This document shows positions 25,150 through 34,964 of a stretch of 64,000 nt of DNA, one piece after another. A model generated the notes under the pieces. The model did no database searches. It saw only the letters and a program-made list of their open reading frames with translations, and had not been told where the DNA came from. This stretch comes from Trypanosoma brucei (taxonomy: Eukaryota), in assembly GCA_000002445.1 (NCBI GenBank), contig CH464491.1, positions 4,704,001-4,768,000 of the forward strand, in the 5' to 3' direction. Within the stretch, counting starts at the first letter, position 1. The number at the start of each line of letters is the position of its first letter. A program made the position numbers and the translations under genes.

Positions 25150-26750
25150 CCCAATTCCGCAAACACTGTTAGAACTAAGCGGCGCGCGACTTGCGCTGGT
25201 ATTAGTTTCGTTTATGACGTTGCCTCGTTGCGGTAACGCAGTATGGGCTGGCTCATAGAATGACAAACTTCTGGAGCCCCTATGTGCATTATTGCAACTA
25301 GCGGACGGTGTACCGACACCTCCAGCTATAGCAGCAGCCGGCGACCCGCTCATCACAGATCTCAGGAAGCTAAACATGTCACAATCAACAGGCGACTGGC
25401 AGGGATTGTTTGAGGAAAAACAAAGGAAGGCAAAAACATGGAAAGATCTAAAATCAGATGTACAAGTAACCTACAACAACCTGGCAGAAGGCTGGGACGG
25501 ATGAACCGCAGATAAAGCGGCACTGAAAGCAGACGCAAAGTTCAGTGAGCATATAACAGCAAGTGGCTTCACTGGACTTCCCCACCAAATGCTGCCGTTT
25601 TCACGAAGGCAAACAGCGCTTGCAGCAGCGAACGCTGTCACAATCGGCGGCTCACTTGACGCACTCAAAGCAAGTGGAATCACTTCCACAAAGAAACAAA
25701 TTAAAGAAATTCTAAACAACGCGGTTTACGGCAACAAAGATGACGAAGGGGACTATGCCAAAAGCCAACAACCGACAGAGGCTGCGCGACGGACGCCGGG
25801 TGCTTGCAAATCCGGCACCAAAATCGCAGACAAAGAGGAATTAGCATACACGTTCCTCTGCATTTGTCCAACGGATAGCGGACAGACGACCGCCAAACCA
25901 TGCCACAAAGACGTAACGAACACTTACGACTGGAGCACAGCGACCTCAGACATGCAAAAAGTATGGGGTGATATGCGGAAGCTTTGTCCCAAATCATCGG
26001 CAGCCAAAACAACAGCAGCGTTAATTCACGCTTCTCTAGCCCGGCTGCGTGCGTCAATTCAGTATAAAACGGACGCCGGCTAGTTGGGGAACAAACACGG
26101 CACCGACTGCGACAGTTCTTCGACCGGCAGCCTTTGCGTAAAGTACACTACGATAACTGCATCCAGCATTGACGCCTTTCACGAAATCGCATGGGTCAAA
26201 GCGTACGAAAGCGCAGCTGAAAAGCTAGAAACAGCCACGTCGGCTGCGATCAAGTACGACGCCCTGCTGCACCGTCTCAAAGACATCAACTCATCAGCGT
26301 GGGCAATTCCAGCCTTAGTGCGAACCCTACCGCAAGCGACAGCAGCCCAAGGAGAAACTTGGCTATCTGGTCAAGGCGATAAGCAGGAGTCAACAGAAGC
26401 GGTGGCTACCAAAGAGAAAGAATGCAATTCCGCCAAAAACGAAACCGAATGGAAAACTAAAAGTGGTTGCCATTACGTTGAGGAAAATAAGGATAGCAAA
26501 AAGTGAACATTGAATGAGAAAGGGAAGGAAGCAAAAAAATAAGAATGAGAAAATAAGGGAAGATAGGAAAAAAGAACCAAAGTGTTACAAACATACTAAA
26601 GAAAATATCGAGGCTGAAAACAAGAATGTAAAATCAGGTGAAAAAGCTGTTTGTGGATGGATTGACAACAAATGAAAAGATTACAGTATTCTCGTAAATA
26701 AGAATGTTGCTCTGAGTATGGCTTATTTTTTTGTGAGTTTGATAGAAATT
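25150..26750 (+). pseudogene. VSG pseudogene (B-type N-domain) in several frames. The C-terminus is degenerate.
   Basis: ...KLLEPLCALLQLADGVPTPPAIAAAGDPLITDLRKLNMSQSTGDWQGLFEE... parallels the B-type starts at 42306..43226(-) and 58922..60280(-). ORFs 25589..26083 and 26084..26506 continue it. The tail reads ...CKIR*KSCLWMD...ECCSEYGLFFCEFDR. Confidence 0.65.
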
Positions 26751-26924
26751 TATAATTCCAAGGAGTTTTCTCAATAATATGAAATTTATGAAAAAATGAT
26801 ATTATGAAATAATTTGCTATAATTTAACACTTTTTGATTAAAATTTTCAAATTAGTAAAATGTTTATAAGAGTGGCATATGGGTGTAAAGTGTAGAGTGA
26901 TAAAATATTAAAAATGAGTGATAT

Positions 26925-26990
26925 TCTAATATGTTATTTTAATAGTAATAGTAAGAGAGTATTTTAAGCGTATTTACTAACATTATGAGG
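26925..26990 (+). repeat. Degenerate 70-bp repeat unit
   Basis: TGATATTCTAATATGTTATTTTAATAGTAATAGTAAGAGAGTATTTTAAGCGTATTTACTAACATTATGAGG. Confidence 0.55.
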
Positions 26991-27779
26991 AAAGTGCATT
27001 TAAGTATCGAATGGAGAGACGAAATCAAAGCTTTGGAAAAAGTTTCCATGATGCGATGAGGGTAAGTGAATGAGTGGTTCAGTGATTACGACATGGAGAA
27101 GGCACAAAGAATACTATTTAAGAAAAGAAAAAAGGGGATATAGATAAAATATGCGCAGTTTAAAACTCGAAAGTGGCGATATAGCATTGATAGCACACAA
27201 AGAGATGAGGAAAAGGCAGGGAAAACGAAAAGTGCGAAGGCTAAATGAAGTCGCTTCGTATTCTGTGTAAGAAACAACAGAAGAGTTAAAATCTGCAATG
27301 AATATATGGAGTACAACACACAGTGCAACATCCAGAAACGAAGTAAATATTACATAGGAGAAGGTTGTGCTCTAAAATGTACTAAAAAATGGATAGATTT
27401 TTCTACGGAGGTGATTGTAAAAACAACAATAGAAGTGGTTCAGAAAGCCATGCTTATGGGAAAAACTTGGCGATAGCGGATAATCGGGGTAGTCATCAAG
27501 CGAGGGTGAAAAACTTATACCATATCAGAATTAATCATTGTAACTAGATAGGTTCATTCCAATAAAAATGCATAGACACCAATTTTCAATGCAGAAAGGC
27601 AACTGAATACATATATTGTGCGGAACTATGTGTGACTTAAGGGAACGTTTTAAACAAAACCATAGGTACGAGGTCAAAAATAAGTTGCATACACTGAGAA
27701 TACACACATCATCACATGCATCATAAGTATCTCAAGGAATTACTCGTATAAGTAAACAACTAAGTGGCGCAACTGACAT

Positions 27780-28760
27780 CTTCTATTAAGCTTCCAATGT
27801 TTTTTCTCATAGCACTTTCAAATGTTAAACGTACATTAAGGCATGATGTTTATTATCTTTAAATCTTCACTATTACCGTTGATTTAACATTAAGTGTGTT
27901 TAAGCTCAATATTTCTTTAAGCGGACACAACGGGAAATGTAACAGAGAATGATCCTAAGAAGCCCAGAGTGTTTGTGGTTGTAGTTCAAGCTCATGCAAC
28001 TCAAGGATGATGTAGGCTAATATTGAGTGCCAAACTAGGTAATGTTAAATTATTACAATTGTAATGGAAGGTTTGTATAGAAATGTTCAGAGACCTATGT
28101 GAGTTATGTAATATTTATAAAAACAGAATCCAAGTGATGAGGATGTTGTAGTTCATTTAGGTGGATCCGATGCTATTGCTTCTGACAGAGATAATTATGA
28201 AAAGACAGTGGAGTACTTTATACAGAATACTGCTAAAAGTAAAGAAAAATTTAGTGGAGAAGATATTTTAAAAGAGAAGAAAATTCCCCCTATTTTATTC
28301 ATGACAACATCAGAGTGTTATGCACGGAAGTTAGACTTAACTTTTAACTAAGAACACAGGGATCATATGGAGAGATGCTACTGGTTTTTTAGTAATGGAG
28401 ACAGAAAAGAAGAGGATAAAAAGCTACCGCATTTACTAAAATCACCTCCTAGTGGAAACCCCTATCTTAGTGGTGGTGGTTTAATAGCTAGGGTTTGGGT
28501 ATTTGATAAGTTTGATAAATAGTTTAATGGGATGCTTGAAATGAGTGATGAATGATTTTCAGGGCAGAATATTTACAAACCTCTACTAATATGAAGTGCA
28601 GTTCAGGAAGAAGCTGTTGGAGATCGATTTTTTTTTTTTGAGGAGAGGAATGATTGGTCTGGATTATGAAGAGCGATTTTTCTCTATTCCGCCCAGTGAT
28701 GTAGTTGGAACGGCACCATTTATTCATTTTCCAGTTCAACAAGTTGCATGGGAGGAGGAA
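27780..28760 (+). repeat. Copy A of an unidentified ~0.95-kb element with degraded coding potential. It lies between a 70-bp repeat and a VSG start. Paralogues are at 43800-44730(-) and 47690-48600(-).
   Basis: The reverse complement of 28500-28585 equals 44020-44105 almost exactly (GGTTTGTAAATATTCTGCCCTGAAAATCATTCATCACTCATTTCAAGCATCCCATTAAACTATTTATCAAACTTATCAAATAC). Shared peptide islands are FMTTSECYA.KLDL and VCKYSALKIIHHSFQASH. Confidence 0.7.
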
Positions 28761-29102
28761 GCGAATTAGGTTGTGAAAATATTACTTGGAATAATTAGTT
28801 GAAAATGAGGAAATTTGGTACGAAAAACTTTGGAAGAATTAAAGCTTATACGATAAATGGTAAAAAATGGGTCGTTGAATATGAGAATATTTGTGGCAAT
28901 GTGTTTAAAGAATTGGATTTGTTTAAAGCTAAGAAACTGTAACCATCAGCCCCATGAAGAAGTTAAACAATAAGCAGAAGCTCGTAGCGTGGCCAGAAGA
29001 GTCCCCACGCCAGGAAACAAAAACTAAACCTCAACTCGTTTTTTACAAGGTAATTTACAAGACAATGTTAGTTTTTTTATCCGACTCGTCTTTGCGGCAA
29101 TA

Positions 29103-30177
29103 ATGGCGACCAAGGGTAGATCGAGTACAACAAACGAAAATCGTCCAGACTTTCTAGCACTTTGTCAAGTTTATACGGCGGCACGAGCCTTGAGGAAAAC
29201 AGTATATTCTAGCATTACCGTGGATTTCGACATCGCTGACATTCTTAACTACAATATTTCAGTTGCAACGGAGGAGTGGGGGAATCTGTTCGGGAAATCA
29301 GGGGATAAAAAAGGCTGGAATGCATACAAGAAAAGCCAAGGAGCAAAACTTGGCGACGTAAACTGGGAAAGGGAATGGGATTCTTGGGAAGCGCAAAAAG
29401 AAGCAGCCAAAGATTCAGAGCAAGGTTTGAACAAGGAACGTAATATCCAAAAAAACGAGGCGGGAAAAGAGTAATTAAGGAGTTACGCCAAAGACACAGC
29501 CTTCGAAGCGCTAAAAACCAAACAAGCAGCCGAAACGTTTCCTCAGACTCCGAAAGGCGCCGCGCAAGCGGCACTGAAAATGAAAAAATATATGCGGCGC
29601 TATGCGCGACGCCGCTTAAACCGCAAAGCAGCAGAAGCGAATGCAAACGCACAAGCGCGGCAGTCGAAAAAACAGCGATGTGCACACCGGGCAATGCGGG
29701 TTCGTCACTGACCTCCGACATCCTCTGCCTGCGCGGCAAAAAAGCGGCCAACGAATGCACTGGGAGCGACCCGGGATCGCCAGCGACGAGCACCAACAAT
29801 TTCGCTGCTCGCACAAATACTATTTTCATCACGCAGTGCGGCGACGATCCGCCAAAAGGAACAGCATTGGAAGCACTCAAACAAGAAATGGAAGCAGTAC
29901 GAGCAAAGGTAGGGCACACGCCCGCAGCGACAACTGCGAAAAAAATCATGCTTGGTGCGACATCGCAAACCAACTCACGAACAGCCACGAAGGCAGCGTG
30001 CATCGACTACTCCGCCAAATTTGCCAACAAGCAGACAGGCCACCGGGCGATCCCATGGGCTGAAAATCTATATAGCGCCATACAAATCGCCCAACTAATT
30101 GCCGCCGACAGCCGAACGAAAATAGAAGCGGTGCATAAAATAAAAGCATATGCAACTAAACTGAAGAGGGAATACAA
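29103..30177 (+). pseudogene. VSG 5' fragment (A-type N-domain) with one frameshift between 29474 and 29678. It is truncated at about 30178 by the ingi element.
   Basis: ORF 29103..29474 reads MATKGRSSTTNENRPDFLALCQVYTAARALRK... ORF 29678..30253 reads ...SDILCLRGKKAANECTGS...AIQIAQLIAADSRTKIEAVHKIKAYATKLKREYK and then runs into ingi-derived sequence. Confidence 0.7.
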
Positions 30178-30686
30178 ACTGATTTTTTGGAATTTTCTTC
30201 GTGCCTTCGTGGGAGTTTCCCCCCACTGGCGCGGCCATCAGCCATCACTGTAGAGCCCTGAGATGCTATCGGTCTGGCGACTGTGGCAGAGTCTCCCTTT
30301 TTTATTCAGCCTAACACACTCTCTATAATTTTTGTTGTAGCTCCTCAGTTGAACGGAATACAGCAGATGGGGCGAGAAGCCCCCCACCCCAGACTCTCTA
30401 AAAGATGTCAATTAGCAATCCTTTTGTTTTGATTTTTGTTATTCGTTTATTATTCTCTTCCCCTCTTTCTGTTTCTGTTGCTTGTTGACTGCATATCCCC
30501 TCTGTCTCTGAGAGTGTCTGGACTATTCCTGCGTCCAGTGCTTTTCCTGCTAGCTCCACACTCGGCAATAAGGGGGGAAGTTGCAGAAGGGAGAGTGGGT
30601 TGTATGACTGTTACATTAGGGGAAGACTTCACCTGCGGCCTGCTCCGTTCAACCGCAATGAGAAATTGCGCCAGCCTTTTGGAGAA

Positions 30687-32639
30687 TCATATATCCTGCA
30701 CACACACACTTTCTACCGCAAACCTGACACGTAACTCCTTCAAACCGGGACAGCTCATCAAGTGCAGCGACGTTTCTTCGCAGCCGCCGCGTTGGCTGGT
30801 AACAGCGCGCTCTACCTTCATACCGTGCATCTTCTTTTGATATAGGGTGAGGCCAGTTTTGCTAGCACACTGCCTTCCGCATGTCTGGCACACCAACATG
30901 GATGTGTTTGTATGCGGGGAATCAGTGGCACACAATTTTGTGCTTTTGCTGCATTTAAGCTCGACTCCCTCACCTTTGTGGAAAGCCTCACAGTGTCGGA
31001 TGAGGGAGTCCCTGCAACTGAGCACTTTTTGGCACACACCACACTGCACCTCGCCTTTCCCCGGGACGTCAACGTTTCCCTCACGGGCACGCTTACGGGG
31101 GAATTGCACCACCACCACGGTACCGTCCTCCGTCACTATGCTCTTATGTTTGAATTTCTTGTGTAGTGACAGGGAAGAGCGTGTACCGAAGCTCGCCTCG
31201 CACAGGTCACATTGAAACGGCAGCTTCCGTGTATCCTGAGAGGCTGGCGCTGCTGGGGCTCTACCATCTCCTTGCAATGAGTCTTCGTTTTCTCGCCCCC
31301 TTTTCACGCGCCCACTACCGGTACCTATGCCATGTATTGTTCTAAGGTGGTGTAATAGTCGGCCTGGCACTGCGAATTTGGAGGCACAGAGGGTACAATG
31401 AAGCACATGTGCTCTCATCGGGACTCGTGTGCTCGATGGTAGAGGAATGGTCGCCACCACCGGAATGGGCTCCGGGGGGATGTCCACTGCAGGTGTTGCA
31501 TCGCCGTATTTGATCCTCCGGAGGGCATCAACTCGCACAAAGCCATGTTTGTTTACCATATGCGTTACAGCACTCGAGCGGCATTGGTATGTGGCATCAT
31601 ATTCCGTACATTTGTTTGGGTCTGAGGTTCTCTGAAGAGTACGTGTCGCAACAGTTGAGGCTGTTTGTATTGTTGGCCCTATCGCTGCATGTTGCGGGTT
31701 ACACCATCGGCACTGTGGAGGCACACTCGGGTTGATCTTTCGCAACATCCATCCATAGTGTCTTGAAGACCCAACCCGAAAGCGTGCCAGTGCCGTTTCT
31801 TCTTCCCTCGTCAGTTCTTCTTTATGTTTTGTTGGAAAGTGGTTGCCCGTTATACCAAACCTATGAGTGTTCTCATGGACTTCTTCCGACCTAAGCACTC
31901 GCTTCGCATAAGCAATGATGTCGGGGATCCATGTGTCTCGCAACTGTGGTAACTCTGCGGCCTTTTTGGCCATTTCATCACAAACCTCATTCCGTTTCAC
32001 TCCACAATGGCCAAAGACAAATTGCAGTCGGATACGTATCTTCCTTCTCTGAACTTGAAGCAGAAGCCTCCATAGTCGTCTTAGAATTGGGTCCGTTACG
32101 GCTAGTGGGTCTGTCTGCAGTGCTGTTAACATTGACAGCGAGTCAGAGAAGATGGACAACCTGCTCGGTGTGCTTCTGTATGCCGCAAGCCATTTCAGCA
32201 GCCGTTGCAGTCCTATCTCTAATGCTACGCATTCCGCTCTGTAACTGCATGAGAGTTCCCCTGCTCCGGTTTTGGGTGCACAAATCAGCGTGTTGTTTCT
32301 ATAGAGCAGGGCAGCTGCCCCGGACTTCTCACCGAGGGACACGGATCCATCAGTCCACAATTCGTAGTGCTCTCGTCGTGGTGACTCCTTCCCCCTCCGT
32401 GCAAAATGCCGTTCAATCCACTTCTCAGAAGCCTCCCTTTTGACATCGTCAGGGTCATCAGCGCACACAGGCTTTATCTGCGTGTGAAATAGCGGTCGGC
32501 AGCTGTGGCGGAGCGTCGATGTCTCTAGTGTGTGCTCTCGTGGCTCAATGCGGAGGTGGGGGTAGGACAGCATGATGCGGGAATGTAGGGCTCTGACTGG
32601 GTGTTTGCTGTGGTATACTTCCTCACCACTGCGCCGCAA
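30687..32639 (-). CDS. ingi ORF fragment: RNase H-like region plus C-terminal C2H2 zinc fingers
   Basis: ORF 30687..32639 (-), 650 aa, contains ...LWTDGSVSLGEKSGAAALL... and several C..C...H...H fingers. Confidence 0.65.
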   Translation of the reverse strand: MRRSGEEVYHSKHPVRALHSRIMLSYPHLRIEPREHTLETSTLRHSCRPLFHTQIKPVCADDPDDVKREASEKWIERHFARRGKESPRREHYELWTDGSVSLGEKSGAAALLYRNNTLICAPKTGAGELSCSYRAECVALEIGLQRLLKWLAAYRSTPSRLSIFSDSLSMLTALQTDPLAVTDPILRRLWRLLLQVQRRKIRIRLQFVFGHCGVKRNEVCDEMAKKAAELPQLRDTWIPDIIAYAKRVLRSEEVHENTHRFGITGNHFPTKHKEELTREEETALARFRVGSSRHYGWMLRKINPSVPPQCRWCNPQHAAIGPTIQTASTVATRTLQRTSDPNKCTEYDATYQCRSSAVTHMVNKHGFVRVDALRRIKYGDATPAVDIPPEPIPVVATIPLPSSTRVPMRAHVLHCTLCASKFAVPGRLLHHLRTIHGIGTGSGRVKRGRENEDSLQGDGRAPAAPASQDTRKLPFQCDLCEASFGTRSSLSLHKKFKHKSIVTEDGTVVVVQFPRKRAREGNVDVPGKGEVQCGVCQKVLSCRDSLIRHCEAFHKGEGVELKCSKSTKLCATDSPHTNTSMLVCQTCGRQCASKTGLTLYQKKMHGMKVERAVTSQRGGCEETSLHLMSCPGLKELRVRFAVESVCVQDI

Positions 32640-32834
32640 AAATCCGCCTCGTCACTCACACATCAGCATGAATTTCATGCTGCGCACAAGAGTGGTCGTC
32701 TTGAGTGGCAGGAGGTTTGCTTCCAGCAGAGAGTCCTCTTTGCGAGTCCCATGCGGTATGCCGGCTATGATGCGACTGGCTTTGTTTTGTGCTGATGCAA
32801 GGAGGTCGCGACTTCGTTCCGAAGCGTCCCAGTA

Positions 32835-33944
32835 CTATACCTCAATGCCATACATGGTGTGTGCCTGTACGAGTGCTAGATAAAAAGCCCTCAGCACTTG
32901 TCGTCTTGGCCCCCATGTAGAAGCTGAGATGGCTGCTATCTGCAGTAGTCTGAAGTCCATCTTGCGTCTCGTTTCGGCCGCATGTGTTGCCATCCCCTGC
33001 AGACACTGGAATGTTACTCCTAGAAGCTTCGGTGTCCTGTCAGCTCCTATTCTTTCGCCGTCCAGTTGTAATGTAAGGGGGTGGCGCTCTATACACCCGA
33101 AGAGTGTGCACTTTGTTTTCGCTACGTTGACAGACATGAAGTACTCTTTTGACCACTGTAACACCACGTTTAGACCGCATTGTAGTGTGTGGTTGATGAC
33201 ATCCCTCTCTGTGTCCCTCGCAAGTAGCGTCAGGTCGTCTGCAAAGAATCCGTGCTGCAGTAACGGCACTTCTGCAAGGCGCTGGCTCAACGAGTTCATG
33301 ACAATAATGAACATGATTGGGCCAAGTACAGTTCCTTGTGGTACTTCTCGCTCAAATGTTCTGCTGCTGGAAAGCTTCTCCTTGAATCTCACTCTGCCAG
33401 TTCGGTTACTCAGAAATGATACGCACCACTTCACAATGTGGGGTGATACCTTCATTCTGTGCATTTCCCTCGCAATTTTGTCGTGGTCCACTGTATCGAA
33501 TGCCTTCTCGTAGTCAACGAATACAGCACCCGTACGATATTGGTGCGTGGGGCGGCAGAGGGCAGCGCGGACGTGCAGGAGTTGTTCGAGCGTTGAGCAT
33601 CCGGGGCGAAAGCCTGATTGCTGCGGCGTCAGCTGGGACTCAACAGTGTCTCTAAGCCTCGCGGCAATTATGCGCTCCATGACTTTGCAGAGACAGCTCG
33701 TGAGCGTCACAGGCCTGTAAGAATCGAGGTCCTCCGCCTTTTTTCCGGCATTCAGGATGGGGATGATAACACCAGTCTTCCATGCAGGCGGCACGACTCC
33801 CGTTCGTAGGCTCTCATTGAATAGCCTCAGAACAACATTCAGCGCTGTTCTACCGAGGTGTTGCAGTGCCTCGTTGTATAAGCAATCAGGTCCGGCTGCG
33901 GATCCACTCGGTAGCAGTTTGATCGATCTCCGTAGTTCAGCCAT
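32835..33944 (-). CDS. ingi ORF fragment: reverse transcriptase domain
   Basis: ORF 32835..33944 (-) contains ...VFVDYEKAFDTVDH... and ...HGFFADDLTLLA..., the RT motifs of non-LTR elements. Confidence 0.7.
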   Translation of the reverse strand: MAELRRSIKLLPSGSAAGPDCLYNEALQHLGRTALNVVLRLFNESLRTGVVPPAWKTGVIIPILNAGKKAEDLDSYRPVTLTSCLCKVMERIIAARLRDTVESQLTPQQSGFRPGCSTLEQLLHVRAALCRPTHQYRTGAVFVDYEKAFDTVDHDKIAREMHRMKVSPHIVKWCVSFLSNRTGRVRFKEKLSSSRTFEREVPQGTVLGPIMFIIVMNSLSQRLAEVPLLQHGFFADDLTLLARDTERDVINHTLQCGLNVVLQWSKEYFMSVNVAKTKCTLFGCIERHPLTLQLDGERIGADRTPKLLGVTFQCLQGMATHAAETRRKMDFRLLQIAAISASTWGPRRQVLRAFYLALVQAHTMYGIEV

Positions 33945-34163
33945 CGTGATGAGACTGAACTCACTCGCTATCGTCTTTATTGGTGCCGGTGTTGTTAGTG
34001 GTCATTGCGCATATACCTTCTTGACAATGTGGCAACTGCAGCGGTCTGACACCGCAAGTCTGGAGCATAGCGTGCTCCATCTCTTCTTTGTGGTACGGTC
34101 CAGGACCTGCTTACCCGTGGCTACCAACTTTTCCCTTCGGTAGGAGGGTCCGCATCCAGCGAT

Positions 34164-34964
34164 CTATTCATAGAGTTTCGCGAGCTCAGGTGCCCAATGT
34201 GGTGGCGTTGCTCTGCAGCCACGGGGGACGGAGACCTTCGTTGCAATGCGGATGGCGGAGCTCAATTTCTGTTCCAGGGTGTTGACGTTCTCCTCTCTAC
34301 CAATTTTCCTGCAGAGCTCGTCAACCTTGAGACGGAAATTCCTCCAGTTAGCTTTTAGCCATGCGTACATGGGCTTTCGAAGCCGCGGGCAACTCAGTGC
34401 ACCTGTGTCGTCTCCAACGATAACCTCGAAAAATATGTGATGGTGATCGCTATCGGGAGAATACAGCGATGTCCACGTGTACACTGTGCAATTCCTTGAC
34501 AGTGTCACATCAGGGGTGGACTCCCCGTGGTGGCGCGCGTACCTGGTGCACTCACCAGTGTTGCAGACCAGAAACTGGTTGTCAATGCACCACTGTGTGA
34601 GGGTTTCACCCTTGGTATTTGGTGGGCTCGCGCGATCCCATGCCAACACGTGTGCGTTAGCCTCTACACCGATGAGCTGGGCCCCGTCAGTCGTCAGAAG
34701 CGTATCTAGGTCAGTTGCCGTGAAGGTGTGTTTTGGTGGGATGTATGCCGACGTGACAGTCAGCACGGTTCCACGTGCAAGGTGAATTGTTGCATGCACT
34801 TGTTCAATGCGACCAATAACGGCCATACCGGTCTCGACTGGTAGGTCCTCCCTCACTAGTATTGATACACCACCTCCTTTGCAGTTACGAGCTATTCCGT
34901 GATGTTGGTAGCCAGCAACGCTAAAGCAAGCCGCCTCTCCAGGCGTCATCCTTGTCTCGCTCAA
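34164..34964 (-). CDS. ingi ORF fragment: AP-endonuclease-like domain
   Basis: ORF 34164..34964 (-), 266 aa. It lies inside the ingi between the N-terminal 2A region and the RT. Confidence 0.6.
   Translation of the reverse strand: MSETRMTPGEAACFSVAGYQHHGIARNCKGGGVSILVREDLPVETGMAVIGRIEQVHATIHLARGTVLTVTSAYIPPKHTFTATDLDTLLTTDGAQLIGVEANAHVLAWDRASPPNTKGETLTQWCIDNQFLVCNTGECTRYARHHGESTPDVTLSRNCTVYTWTSLYSPDSDHHHIFFEVIVGDDTGALSCPRLRKPMYAWLKANWRNFRLKVDELCRKIGREENVNTLEQKLSSAIRIATKVSVPRGCRATPPHWAPELAKLYE

Noticed and set aside
28621..28637. Poly(T) run that could be a LINE poly(A) tail in reverse
   Set aside because: It lies inside copy A of the 0.95-kb element. The paralogues B and C have only short A runs there, and there is no adjacent retroelement body.
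30436..33809. + strand ORFs inside the ingi (30436..30840, 30847..31215, 31931..32443, 32929..33513, 33757..34143)
   Set aside because: They are antisense to the ingi ORF, which is on the - strand, and none carries a recognisable domain.
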